NCBI GenBank assembly: GCA_964016885.1
Contig: OZ024741.1
Coordinates: forward strand, 326,430,001-326,494,000
Length of the DNA stretch: 64,000 nt
Reading direction: 5' to 3'
Source of the DNA: Eledone cirrhosa
Lineage: Eukaryota
Of this stretch, positions 26,846 to 41,184 are shown piece by piece. Under the pieces are notes generated by a model. It was not told the DNA's origin. It saw only the letters and a list, made by a program, of their open reading frames with translations, and made no database searches. Numbering within the stretch: the first letter of the stretch is position 1; each line of letters opens with the position of its first letter. The translations under genes were made by a program, and so were the position numbers.

Positions 26846-27643
26846 TGTAATATAACGAACTAAAATATACTTACAACCATAAAATATACTTATAAATATT
26901 ATCTATATAATATTATAATTCATGATTTGAAGAGATCCAATAATTAGATGTATATCTCAATTTTTAAAAAATTTAAATTGGTATTCTACCACTTTAACAC
27001 ATTTTTAACTATCATATTATTTTATAGATACTACCAAAATATATGATTATATAATTAAATAATTAAATATAATTATATCACTCTCTTTACACCATCACTG
27101 ATATGATCCATACAATTTTATATTAATAATAATAGTGTATTTCTAACTATAATTTTTTCTTATAATCATTCTTTAAATTTTCTTACACCCTAATATTAAT
27201 ATTAGCCCCTCTTTTTTCTTCTTCTTCCCTTTATAAATTATCCTAATAATTATTTAAATTTACCTAGTGTCTAAATATAACGATCTTTTTTCAGCCTTAC
27301 GATTCAACCTCATTTACATATTCATCCTAAAGATTTGAAATATTTCTTTGACTATCCAAACTGAACCTGATCCGATAAGGTCTGGTTTCATGGTTATGTC
27401 ACTATTTATAAAACACATTTTGTATTTTATCCGATGAGAGTGTACCAAAGTTTTGGTACCCTTGAAATAAATAAAATAAAATAAATATGGTTTTAAAAAT
27501 ATAGCTTCCATTTCTTAATATCATTGATATATATATGTGTGTGAATTGATGAAGTAATTCCGTTGGAAAAGTCCAGGAAAAAAGAGTGCTGTATGTAGGT
27601 AACAGAGCTTAATAGTTATGTAATAAACAACATAAGGCAATCA

Positions 27644-27703
27644 TTCCATTTACCAGTGGTTTCTTAAAAGCAAAACATTTTGCTTTCAATCATCAGAATG
27701 AAA
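27644..27703 (-). ncRNA. Type I hammerhead ribozyme (PLE-4 pseudo-LTR family)
   Basis: ttcatt-CTGATGA-ttgaaagcaaaa-tg-ttttgcttttaa-GAAA-CCACTGG-TA-aatgga. All three stems pair. Confidence 0.85.
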
Positions 27704-27842
27704 AAATCCTGGTCTGTTTATTGAATTTGGATTTTAAAAACAAAAATGCAATCTATATGAAAGTGAGGCTGGAGAAAGAAGACGGAAAGGAAAAATAAAA
27801 TAAACACACACACACACACACATACACAAACCCCCACACACA

Positions 27843-27922
<80 letters not shown>

Positions 27923-28107
27923 CATACCTACACACACACACACATATATATATATATACATACACTCATACATACACACATATACACATATATATGTGTA
28001 TATAAATACACACATACACATACATATACACATGCATACGCACATAAATATCAACACATCCATACATACATATATACAACCACACACACATATATACACA
28101 CATATAT

Positions 28108-28163
<56 letters not shown>

Positions 28164-28830
28164 GCATACACATACACATACATAGCCATACACACATACA
28201 TATACATACATACATGCACACAATTATACCTATATACACACTTACATACATACACATACATAAATGCATACATATGCATGTACGAAATTAGAAAAAGATA
28301 TACACATACCTTTACATATTCACACACGCAAATAAATATAAGAAAAAATATATATAAAAAATAAAATAATAAAGACTATTATACAGTCGACAGCGATACA
28401 AGCGACGAATAAATGAACAAACACGCGTGGTAAGCAATACACACAAATGCACGTACACATACGTACGAAAAAGTAAATACATACACACACTCTCACACAT
28501 AAAAGATACATATACAAATACATAAACACATACATACGCATACACAAATACATACACAAACACACACACACACACATATACATATATACACACACACATA
28601 CATATACATATATATATATATATACACACATATAAATATATATATATACACACACATATACATATACATATATATATATATATAAATACACACACATATA
28701 CACACATATATATATACATACACACACACATACATACATAGCTATACAATTATACACATACAAATACGTACATATCACAAACACGCACAACCAAATACAA
28801 ACACACACACAGAAACACACACACACACGC

Positions 28831-28862
<32 letters not shown>

Positions 28863-28924
28863 AAAACTCAATCCTAGATAATACATATGAACCTTATATA
28901 ACTCCAAAATATACATATACATAG

Positions 28925-29031
28925 TAATGTAATAAACAACATAAGGCAATTATTCCATTCACCAGTGTTTTCTTAAAAGCAAAAAAATGTTGCCTTCAAT
29001 CATCAGAATGAAAAAAACGTGGTCTATCTAC

Positions 29032-29062
<31 letters not shown>

Positions 29063-30845
29063 TATATATATACATACACATACATACACATACATTTTGG
29101 TATGTGAAGGGTAAGGCAAAAAGAATATATGGGGGGGGGGAGAAGACATAGGAATAGGTGAATTATAAGGGGAGATAAGGGAGAAAAAGAATACAAGAGT
29201 ACAGAACGTAGATTCAGCAAATAAAAAAAACCGCAGTAGAAGTAAAGAGCAGAGAAGGAGTTCAAGGCGGTTGATTTATCATAGGAGTGTCAATCCAGTT
29301 ACAGATCAGATGTGATTTCAGATGAGGACAACATCTGAAGATCTCGGTTTTTGAGTTTTGGCAAGAAGAAGTGGCTCTCAAGTTTAGCAAAATCCTATAT
29401 TTTTCTGTGGTACACAAAGAACAATTCTTCGTGCCCCTTTGGTACTCCCTCGAATGGTCTAAGATAGACCAATCGATAGAGTACGGGATGTTACTATCCT
29501 TGAATTCCCACACCTTACTTGCGAGGGCCGTCGATGTTCGTTTATCGGAGTGCTTAAAAGAAGCGACATGTGAGTAAAATCTGGTTTTACACCTGTCCTG
29601 GGTCATGCTAACATATCGCTAACTCCTGGCTGGTTGTTGATTAACGGTGTTATTTCAGCCTCATAAACAACAGATTTGGTGTTACATTTACCCTGCAATG
29701 GGCATTCATCCGGCTTCCTGCCACTGCATCCCGGATTTGTTCTCGTATGATTTGAACTAGTGATCGTGAACTTCATAGATGGGCAACACGAGTAACTGAT
29801 CTTAACTACGTTCCTATTAAATATCTTATAATATCTATGATTAGGAGGAAAATGTTTGTCTAAGAGTTCAAGGAATTTCATTCCTACATTAGTTTTGACA
29901 GTTAGAGAGAAGGGGGTGTGAACCAAATAATTTTCCTTTTCCTGTTATTGTGGTTAGTTTTAGGGGGGGGGGAGTAGGTAAATAAAAAATGTTTTCTGTA
30001 AAACTGCTGTTCTTAAGGGCTTTATTATAATAAGGCGCAGCTTTATTAAAAATGTCTATAGACGAAGATAAGGTAGAAATCCTACTCCTAATGTTAGGAA
30101 TAAGATTATTAAAAACTATAGGGGGATGGCAAGACTCTTTGTGTATATACCCAAGATTTTCATTAGGTTTATGGTAAGGTTTAAAAGAGGCGGTAAGTAG
30201 ATCAAGATTAATATCAAGAAAGTTAGCATTGGTAAGGTTCGTATCTATAGTGATTTTAAGGTTAAGATTAGCAAAAGTATTGATTAAATCTTTACGGAAT
30301 TTATCAAGGTTATGGCTGTTGGTGGTATGAGAAACTGCCAATCCGTCATCACGGTATAAACCGATATTATGGGAAGGAAATTTCTCTTTGAGGGTGTGGA
30401 GAAGGAATAATCCTACTAAGTCACACACATCCGCACTGTCATATGAACCCATTGCAACATCAAAAGAGTTTTCAGGGTTTGACTTTTTAACCCAAATATT
30501 TTCATTAGTAAAGAGTAAAGTTTTTCTAGCATGAAAGATAATGTCTTCTTCTAATTTAGCAATATTAATGAAGGGTCTTGCAAAATCTAAGGCATTAGTT
30601 AATAAGGAAACAGTATTAGAGGGTTAAAAATCAACAATATCAAATTGGGTAAATCTACACTTATTTTTACCTTGTATATTATTAAACCAAGAAATAACAG
30701 AGTAAGTATTTAGCCACTGTAATAGGTCAGTGTTAGTTCTAATTTAGAGAATTTTTTCATTCTGATGATTGAAAGAAACTTTTTTTGCTTTTAAGAAACC
30801 ACTGGTAAATGGAATAATTGCCTTATGTTGTTTATTACATAACTA
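28925..30845 (-). mobile_element. Penelope-like element 4, 5'-truncated, with 3' pseudo-LTR and inverted partial pseudo-LTR at the 5' break
   Basis: ORFs 29889-30452 (MGSYDSADVCDLVG, GLYRDDG), 29603-29926 (CPLQGKC, VVYEA) and 29262-29606 (RFYSH, CSLCTTEK). 28925-29015 recurs inverted at 30752-30845. Confidence 0.9.
30756..30813 (+). ncRNA. Type I hammerhead ribozyme in the inverted pseudo-LTR of PLE-4
   Basis: ttcatt-CTGATGA-ttgaaag..gcttttaa-GAAA-CCACTGG-TA-aatgga. The 28953-29012 (-) copy has a GUG triplet. Confidence 0.8.
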
Positions 30846-30867
30846 TATATATATATATATTTATAAA

Positions 30868-31060
30868 ATAACAGATTAAAGTTTAAGCAAAGAATCGCTG
30901 CTTTCACCCTTAACGTGATATTCTGAAGATCTCGTTAAGGGTGAAAGCAACGATTCTTTGCTTAAACTTTAATTTGTTATGTTAATAAATATTTGCTCTA
31001 TGGTTCTTATATATTTGATATATATTTATCCCTATCGAGCCCTCTTTGGATTTTAGCTAT
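30868..31060 (+). repeat. Fold-back repeat with HHR-like core; family also at ~21375-21540
   Basis: Palindrome at 30868-30980 with central CTGAAGA-tctcgttaagggt-GAAA-gcaacga..tctttgc-TT. The flank gagccctctttggattttag matches the reverse complement of 21375-21400. Confidence 0.65.
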
Positions 31061-31257
31061 AATATTCTCAAAAACTCCATTTGCATTCTCGATTATTTTC
31101 CTCATATATATATATATTCCATGACTTGTGGACCATTTCTGTTCTAGCTAATCGTGGTACTTGTTCGGGGGGTGATGTGTGAATCAATGGATTAGTTTTC
31201 TTATTCTTTCACTATTTAAGGTAGATACACAGCACAGAGAGAGGTAGAGAGAGAGAG

Positions 31258-31395
<138 letters not shown>

Positions 31396-31657
31396 GATTA
31401 TATATATGTTGTCAAGGCTCTTGGCTTTATGTATAATAGAATAGTTTTAACCGTTCACTCCCAAAAGATCATTGTGGTGAAACGAGACAGTTTTTCGTGT
31501 AGCTAAAAGCTATGACACTATATATACCCTCTAGAGAATGAATTAATCAATATATATCGAGAGCACTCATTCATATAAATATACAATACACACAAAAACA
31601 TACAGTCACGTACACACACATATTAAATATGTATATGCATGTATATATATGTGTATG

Positions 31658-33457
<1,800 letters not shown>

Positions 33458-33572
33458 ATGACTCCAGTTCCTCAGTGAATTAACAACCCAACAAGGAACT
33501 GGGCATATCAGAGTATCGGCAATATTATACACCTAAACCACATATGTACTTGTCTATATCATACTAATTCAA

Positions 33573-33627
33573 ACTGCCTGAAGAGATCACAGCCAAAGAT
33601 GGCTGTCACTGAAATATATATAGCAGT
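33573..33627 (+). ncRNA. Type I hammerhead ribozyme, solo pseudo-LTR-like fragment
   Basis: actgc-CTGAAGA-gatc-acagcca-aaga-tggctgt-cact-GAAA-TATATA-TA-gcagt. Confidence 0.82.
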
Positions 33628-33671
33628 AATAAGTGAAGCTAAATTTTAATCATTTGACTTTTATTTAACTT

Positions 33672-33740
<69 letters not shown>

Positions 33741-34095
33741 AAGATAGAAAGAGAGAGAGAGAGCGACAAAGACAGAGCGGTTGAGAGATTTGAAATAGAT
33801 TTGTAGTGCCAGACTAACATCTGTGAAAAATTATCAATAATAAAAATTAATTCCATTTCAAATATTTTTCATCTCAGATGATAAGGTTTAGTTCAATATA
33901 TTTAGTTAAAACAAAAGACCAAAATTATGATTCTCTTAAACTTAAATTCGATATTGTTCTAAATAAAATATGCCCTAATTTTCATCAATTTTAAAGGCAC
34001 TTAAAAACACAAAACTAAACAATAAAACTATCATCTACGTATAATAAATTTATTAAATAATACATATAAACATAGACACATACATATATGTATAC

Positions 34096-34131
<36 letters not shown>

Positions 34132-34948
34132 TACACGCTTATTTACACACGCATACACGCACACACATAAATATATATATAAATGTATATACATACATAC
34201 ATGTGTTTATAATTTATTAATGTTTAGAAGAGAGTAATATATTGATGATACCTGGACCATTATTTTGATGTCACCTTTCTCGAAGGAAGATTTTAATCCG
34301 AATAGTTGCTCCCAACTTAGACTAAAAAATTTGAAAATGAAAACCCAACTAGGTCCCATTGTCGGTAGTAGGATAAAAAGGCGGGTTCTGACGATTTGGG
34401 GGAAAATGCGCCAAAACATGCTCAAATTCGCTAAAAATGAAATTGACTTAAGGGGTATAAGTGTTGTATAAAAATGATAGAACCACGAGACAAAAAAGTG
34501 TTCGAGATGCAAGTGTTATCGATACCCAAGCGACTTCATGAAGGAAGGCCGTGAGTTGAACACCTGTATTTAATGTGGGGAAAAGAGTAGTAATCTGTTT
34601 ATATATTATGTACGTTAACGTAGAAATAAGCAATGTAAAGAATGTGGAAGTGGTGCGTCCTTCAGCGAACATTAAAACGGAAGTGCAAACCATGTGGTGG
34701 TAAAGCATACTGCGGCCATGGTAATATGAAGTGGAAGTGTCTCGAATTTAAAGAGGTTCAGTCAAGATATTAAACCATAAGTAAGGTTAAATATCAATAT
34801 CAAGGGAGGTGGGGTGGAACGAAGTGACTTTCTATCTTATCATAACACTATTACCATTGAGGTGAGGAGCCCGTCTCTGAGTCCAGTAGAGTCGTTTCAG
34901 ATTCTCGGTAGTCTTGTGTGCAGTAAGCTGCACCATTTCATATATCAA

Positions 34949-35835
34949 TCAACTCTTTATTACTAACCCATGAAACGTCCCAGGATACCCATTCCATTTC
35001 ACTAACGATTTTGTTTTCCCTTTCTTGATGATCTCCTCTATTCTGTAGACTTCCTGTTTTGTTTTCTGTAACTCTTGTTCATAGAGCGTACGTTGGATCT
35101 CTTCCCCATTGTAGTCAGTTATCTTGTAGGTAACCGGTGTGGTGTTTTGCACTGATGTAATGGTAAAAACCTCTTCTATCGATCTTGGGGTATATCTTTT
35201 CTCAAAGATTTTCTTTTTCTTAGTAACCCATACTTTGTCTCCCACAGAAAAAAGATCATCAATAATCGTTCTTTCATCATGTTCAGGGTAACGGTTTCTC
35301 CATACCCTATTTTCATTGTTCTTCTTACTCGCTTCAACAGGCCTCATTTTAGTTGAATCCTTAGTATTATAGTATTGTTTAACCAAATCATAGAGTACAT
35401 TGATATACACTCTTGTAGAATTTGCTGAAAAATATCTAAACATCTTTTCCTTCATCGTTCTGTTTCATCTCTCAACCGAACTTGAGTTTTCCTCATTCTC
35501 ATTCGAATACACCTCAATCAGATCATTCACATTCTTATTCCAAAACTCTTTTCCCTTGCCTAACCACATCTTGGTTGGTTTGCGTTCCTTGAATATCTTT
35601 TTTAGTGCTTAGCAACTGATTTTCCTGTCTTATCTTTCAAAGGCACAAGCCACCCATATTTTGAGAAGATATCTACTACAGCTAAGATGTACTTAACACC
35701 CTTATTAAACTTTGTGGATGCTTGCATGTCAACTAGATGAGCAGTCCATATCTCATCAACACCATTCATCCGAACTCTTCTCTTCTTGAATTTTCTACAT
35801 ATTGGTTTATGCAATTTTTCTGCTAATGCTTGCAA
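34949..35835 (-). pseudogene. Retroviral-like (rve) integrase with C-terminal chromodomain
   Basis: ELH/KLHKP..., IWTAHLVDM, YILAVVDIFSKYGWLVPLKDK, VGDKVWV..K..FEK and YRIEEIIK...SLVKWNGYP. Frameshifted at ~35460-35600. Confidence 0.9.
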
Positions 35836-35850
35836 TCTCAGATGATGAGG

Positions 35851-36352
35851 TTATTCAAATCTCATCTTAGTCCCAGTAATATTATCAACAATAGATCTAT
35901 CCAACCTCTCTCTGAGAGTGGGGTTAACAATACCACCCAGTTCATCTCTCATATTTTTATCACGTACTTTATTTCTCGTCTTTGCGTCCTTGTTTTTCGG
36001 GTAACATAGATCATGATGATATGCAGCATTATCAACTCTGTTTATAGGCGTACTCCAATCTTCTGGTGTTAGATTTGGGCTTAGTCTTTTATTGAGTTTA
36101 GTACCAGGTCCTGTAAAATTGTGGCCAGGAAGGTGCATTTCAAAAGAGAGTGAATTTATTGCTCTATTCAATATGGAACCACCCTTTACATCTCCCTTCA
36201 GTGGGCTCACCCCGCTCTTCCTCACAAACTGAGTCCTTGTTACCCCGCATACAAGACATTTCCCCTTTTCATATTTCTCCTATTTTTAGATACAGTCTTT
36301 TGTATGCCACTTGTATCAGTGACATGTTTACATTTATCACAATTAATTTTTA
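35851..36352 (-). pseudogene. Zn-ribbon + parvovirus-type phospholipase A2 (PLA2X-like) virion protein
   Basis: HLPGHNFTGPGT (Ca-binding loop) and DNAAYHHDLCY (HD catalytic motif). An upstream frameshifted segment reads CDKCKH...CLVCG. VKGG/S is a candidate adenain site. Confidence 0.85.
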
Positions 36353-36380
36353 TATTTAAAAAATAAATATTCATATTAAA

Positions 36381-37165
36381 ATGGAAGTGAAAGATCTCTC
36401 ATGGAATGAAGTAACAACGAAACGGTTTAATCACTTGCTATTACCAAAAAGCATTAGAGGAGTGATCATAGGCACATCTGGTTGTGGTAAAACCACTCTT
36501 CTACTAAATCTATTACTACGACTAGGCTGGTTAGACTATAATAAACTAACTGTGTTTGGTAAAAGTCTCTTTCAACCTGAATATCGGATCTTCAAGAAAG
36601 CTTTCGAAGAAAAGTTACCAAAGGAAGCTATAATGGATTGTTTGACCTGCGTGATGAGGTAATGAGATTAGATGTTTCACAATCAGCTCTTGTTGAAGAG
36701 TGGGCAAATGAGATTAGAGATAAATCAGATATAGAATGCAGTTTTTATGAATCTTCGGAAGATGTGCCTGATCCGCGAGACTTAAGTTCTGAAAACAAGA
36801 ACCTAATGATTTTTGATGATCTCCTCCTAGAGAATCAGAACAAATGTGAAAGTTATTACATTCGTGGGAGGCATAGCAATGTAGATTGTTTCTACCTTTC
36901 ACAAAACTACTGCAAGCTGCTCCGCCAGACGATAAGAGAAAATGCAAACTTTATCTGCCTCTTCCCACAAGATCTTAAAAATATTAATCACATTTACAAT
37001 GACCATGTAAGCCAAGACATGTTTAAGGATGAATTTAGAAAGTTGTGTAAAATAGCTTGGGAAAAACCACATGGCTTTGTAGTCATTGACGTAACAAATA
37101 AGAAGCCTAATGGCAAATACAGGAGTGGGTTTGATACATTCTACATACCCAATAAAAAAAATTAA
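36381..37165 (+). pseudogene. FtsK/A32-like DNA packaging ATPase
   Basis: Walker A GTSGCGKT, Walker B LMIFDD, RGRH and YLSQ motifs. One frameshift at ~36640. Confidence 0.92.
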
Positions 37166-37182
37166 AAAAACATTAATAAAAA

Positions 37183-37917
37183 ATGGAAGCGTTACTTGAT
37201 AAAATAGCTCAAAACACAGAGCCTAAAAACTCACTTCAAATTGTTTAATCCTCCTATTCAACTTGATAAAAGAAAAAGTATGAAATAGCACTCGTTAACC
37301 TTGATACTTACTACTCTTTTCCAAATATTTACTCAACCAACAATTATTTTAGATGTTCACCTGACGGTGGCTCTTCGTGGATTGAAATTTATATACCTGA
37401 AGGTAGCTACGATATCGCAGATATCAATGATACTATTCAGCAAAAGGTGAGGCAAAACGGGCATTATGACAGTGCTTATGAGGATTATTATATTACAATT
37501 CCTACCACCTCAAGCACACTAACGTCTGTTCTCATCTTGGAAAATAAGTACCAAGTAGATTATAGGCAAACCAAATCGATTTCTAGTGTTTTAGGGTTTA
37601 ATAATATCATCTACACTCTTGGTTTTCAAGAATCAGAAAATGTAGTTAGTATCCTAAGCGTCAACAGCTTACTTGTTAATATCGACATCATCTCTGTCAG
37701 TTATGTAAATGGTTCTTCACAGAACACCATCTATTCTTTCTTCCCAAATGTATCCCCTGGGTATAAAATCGTTGAGACACCTGTAAATTTGGTTTATCTT
37801 CCAGTGACATTAGATACAATACACAGTCTTGAGCCATCACTCACTGACCAGAATGGGACACAACTTAATTTGAGAGGAGAGAAACTAACGATGAGATTCC
37901 ATATAAGAGAAGTGTGA
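37183..37917 (+). pseudogene. Minor capsid protein (penton)
   Basis: YEIALVNL.TYYSFPNI...IPEGSYDI.DIN in the upstream part. C-terminus PVNLVYLPV...LTDQNG..LNLRGE..TMRFHIR is typical of Polinton pentons. Confidence 0.8.
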
Positions 37918-37943
37918 TATAAAAAAATACTATCTAATATAAA

Positions 37944-38531
37944 ATGAGTCGTTACACAAATGTCAAACTTAATATATTTCCGAAGGGCAGAAACAAAAGC
38001 TGCAAAATGCTCCCCAAACTGATGGCCCAGTGAGTATACGTCTAGGTTATGAAGATTTAAATGGTGAGGATATCTTGGCACTTACACACTCCCAAGTGAA
38101 TAAGATATTTAAAGCATATGAAAAGTGGGAAAGGATCAACTATAAAAATGAGTAAGTCACAGTTAGCATATAATATGAAAGTTGAAGGGGGGTTTATAGG
38201 TGCACTTGCTGGATTAGCTGCAAGATTTTTACCTGTAATTGCAAAACCAGTCCTTCCAGCTGTTGGTGTTGGTGCTTTTTCCGGTCTTGCAAGCTCTAGT
38301 ATGCAGAAAGTAATGGGTAATGGGTTATTCCTTAAAAAGGGTGGATGTGTTTGCCAGATAGAAACTGATGGGAATTGGTTATATCTCGGTCCTACATCCG
38401 GATCTGGGCTTGAGTCTGTTGGTGATGGATTATATATGAAGAAGCAGGGCGGACTCTATGATGATAGGGGTCTGCTTTTGGGGCCTAATAGTCCATTTCA
38501 ATATATTCCAACCCTTGGGATGATTTTGTAA
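37944..38531 (+). pseudogene. Putative virion core protein (pX-like) with adenain cleavage sites
   Basis: VEGG/FIGALAGLAARFLP hydrophobic segment resembles the adenoviral pX GG/ILPLL tail. Repeated G.GL(F/Y) motifs. Frameshift near 38115. Confidence 0.55.
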
Positions 38532-38599
38532 GGAGGATTGTAAAACCATCTAAAGGTGAATGTAATATAGAAAATATATATGTTGCATTAAAATAAAAG

Positions 38600-38972
38600 A
38601 TGCCAGTTCACAAATTGGAAGAAAACCAGAAAGGACACCATTACGACGCCAACCACTAACTAAAGATAGATGGATGCAAAATATCTTCCTCAGAAGAAAA
38701 CACCAGTAACTTGGGAGATATATACTCAAGAGCAGATTAACATCACAGCAAATGGGGCTAAAATAGTGTAGTTGGGGTTTGGTGTTATGATGTCCAGAGG
38801 TATGGTGTTAACATCTTTAAAATAAGAGTTGAAATATAAGCGATGTAGTTTGCAAAATGAGACTCTTCTTGAGAGTGTTGATGATATTATAATTACTATC
38901 CAAATTAACTCAGATACCCCTATTATAATTAATGAAAATATCCCCCTATGTTATATACATTACATACAATAG
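38600..38972 (+). pseudogene. dUTPase-fold protein lacking catalytic motifs
   Basis: Hand translation: AKYLPQKKTPVTWEIYTQEQINITANGAKIV*LGFGVMMSRGMVLTSLK*ELKYKRCSLQNETLLESVDDIIITIQINSDTPIIINENIPLCYIHYIQ. It follows the length and hydrophobic pattern of trimeric dUTPases. Not in the ORF track. Confidence 0.5.
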
Positions 38973-39014
38973 GAGTGCTATATGATATAAAAAAAATTCT
39001 CACATATATAAAAA

Positions 39015-39662
39015 ATGGAATACAAAAATAAAACTGAAGGGGATAAGCAGTTGGTGCAGAATGAGCACCTGTATCCAATAATACTCCCTGCTCCTCTAGA
39101 TGAAGGGCACACTTATCGATAACAGAAGATAAATGAAATCCAGAAAATCCTCAAAGAAGAGAAAGATAAGCGAGCAACTCTAAGTAAGAAATATCATCGT
39201 GCTGTAAAAGTAATTGATAACATTAATGTAGGGCTTGTAACTGTTACTACAGGCCTCGGTGTTGCTGGTGTAGGTATTTTATCAACAATTGTTGCTGCCC
39301 CAGCTGTTATTGCTATTGAGGGAGTTTTTCTCGCTACTGGCCTATTTAGTGTTATTGGAAAATATAGGAATAAAAAGCTTAATTCAAAAGCAGAAAAGCA
39401 CGAAAAGGTAAAAGTACTTGCTGATGCTAAACTAAACACAATTTCCTCATATATCTCAAAGGCTTTGATGGATAACAAGGTAAGTGATGAAGAATTTCAC
39501 CTAATCATCAGCGAATTAGAAAAATATTATGTAATGAGGGATGAACTTAAGAAAAAATCAAGGAAGTATATTAATTATGAAATGCAAAAGACATTGATTG
39601 AACAGGGGCGTAAAGATGCTCGTGAGTCCGTTCGTAAGATGTTTGAAAAAAAGAATGTCTAA
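39015..39662 (+). pseudogene. Membrane-active coiled-coil/hydrophobic-hairpin protein (adintovirus 'gasdermin-X'-like)
   Basis: One frame with a single premature stop: LYP...YR*QKINEIQ..L..E...R..L.KKY, hydrophobic hairpin GLGVAGVGILSTIVAAPAVIAIEGV, then KHEK...LA..KLNTI...ISKAL.D..VSDEEF. Confidence 0.7.
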
Positions 39663-39762
39663 GTTGAAATTCGAGATAAAAATCGAGATAAAAATTAAGA
39701 TGAAAAGTGGGATGAAAATCGTGTCTACTATGACATAAACAAATCTAATCTTTAGTAAAAAG

Positions 39763-40602
39763 ATGTAATTTCTAAAGATAACAGACCCTAAGAAGAGGGA
39801 TCTAATTGTTGAAGAGTTTCTCAAAACAAAGAGAAAAATCCAGAATCAACAGCTCACTGAACGTATTGGCGAACAAGTTGCCTTATCTGAACTAACTAAA
39901 CACTTTAAACCTGTTACAGAAAGATCTAACTCAGAGAACCATGAGTGAGATTAAACCCATTAGGGAGGGTATCCAAGATCTACCTAAAGCAATAGCTTTT
40001 CAACAGTTTCCTGCTATTGAAGGATCAGAAATGGATGAAGAAGATAAACCTGAAATGATTGGTAACATAGCTGCAAATTATTTGAGAAAGTTTGCTACCG
40101 AAGATGCTGATAACACCTACGGAATATATGACGAAAATGGTCAGTTTTACATAGGGGATACTAGAGTTGGTGTAATTGGTGATAATATTATTGTTGGTGA
40201 AAAATAATATCAAGGTAAACCTGGTCTTTGGGAGCTAATCACCATGAGAACCCCAAGTGAAAAGGTATACACTGCTGAAGACTATGAAAACTATGCAGAA
40301 ATCATGGTGAGAACAAATGCATTGAGACAAGGTAATATCAAAGATAGTAAGACACCAAAAGCTAGCAAAGAGTGGAAATGGAAGTACTTACTTAAAACAA
40401 TATGGGATGAGAGGAAACAGTTTGAAGGAGAGGGTATCTCTAAACAAACTGTCATACTCCCCAGCGATCCCAGTGCATTGCTTGACACGTTTGACTTATT
40501 AATGGCGAGTAAGGCATAAGCAACACAGGTGTGAGAAATGAGCTGAAGAGGCAAAACATATTAGACACAAATACATATAAAAAATTAATGACTTCATTAT
40601 AA
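39763..40602 (+). pseudogene. Conserved Polinton/adintovirus protein of unknown function
   Basis: FLKITDPKKRD...FKPVT, DNTYGI...FYIG, G.PGLWELI and GEG...ILPSDPSALL..FDLL.AS. Several stops. Confidence 0.6.
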
Positions 40603-40607
40603 AAAAG

Positions 40608-41130
40608 ATGTTAGTTCCGAAAAATCGTGGATTTAAAAGGTTGTATGTGTATGGTGGTGCCAGAATCTTTGACGGCATTGCAAGCTATTTTTCGAGGCTA
40701 TTTACTAGCAATGCTGCGAAACAACTAGCCTCTACTGCTCTCGATGTTGGAAAATCAGCTGTTAAGGAGGTTGGAAAGAAAGCGGTTGATGCTGGAAAGA
40801 ATGTTGCACTAGATGTTGGGAAGAAGCTTATTGAGAAGGGAGTCACTAAAGCGCTCACCCCAAAGTCTCAGTCAATACTTCAGAAATATGTTGGCCTACC
40901 CTTGCAACAGTCCTCGCCTGATGTAATTGCAAAGAAATGTCAGGTTATTTTACCTTGACACAGGAGCGCAAAATATTAATTCAATGATAGATGGTTCAGG
41001 GATGATGAGGTATAGGAGTGCTGCTGGCGGAACCCTTAACCCACCGCCATTCACTCAACCTGTTGCAAATGCTATCACTATTCAAGACCTTGTCAGAAAA
41101 TTAAACGGATCCGGCGTGAAAATGGTATGA
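40608..41130 (+). pseudogene. Putative core/membrane-lytic precursor protein (amphipathic helix after GG site)
   Basis: VYGG/ARIFDGIASYFSRLF amphipathic helix, basic Ala/Lys repeats, and IDGSG and LNGSG candidate protease sites. One frameshift. Confidence 0.45.
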
Positions 41131-41184
41131 AAAAATATATCTCATGAAAATGACTTTAAAAAATGTGATGCGATAGAAAAGACA

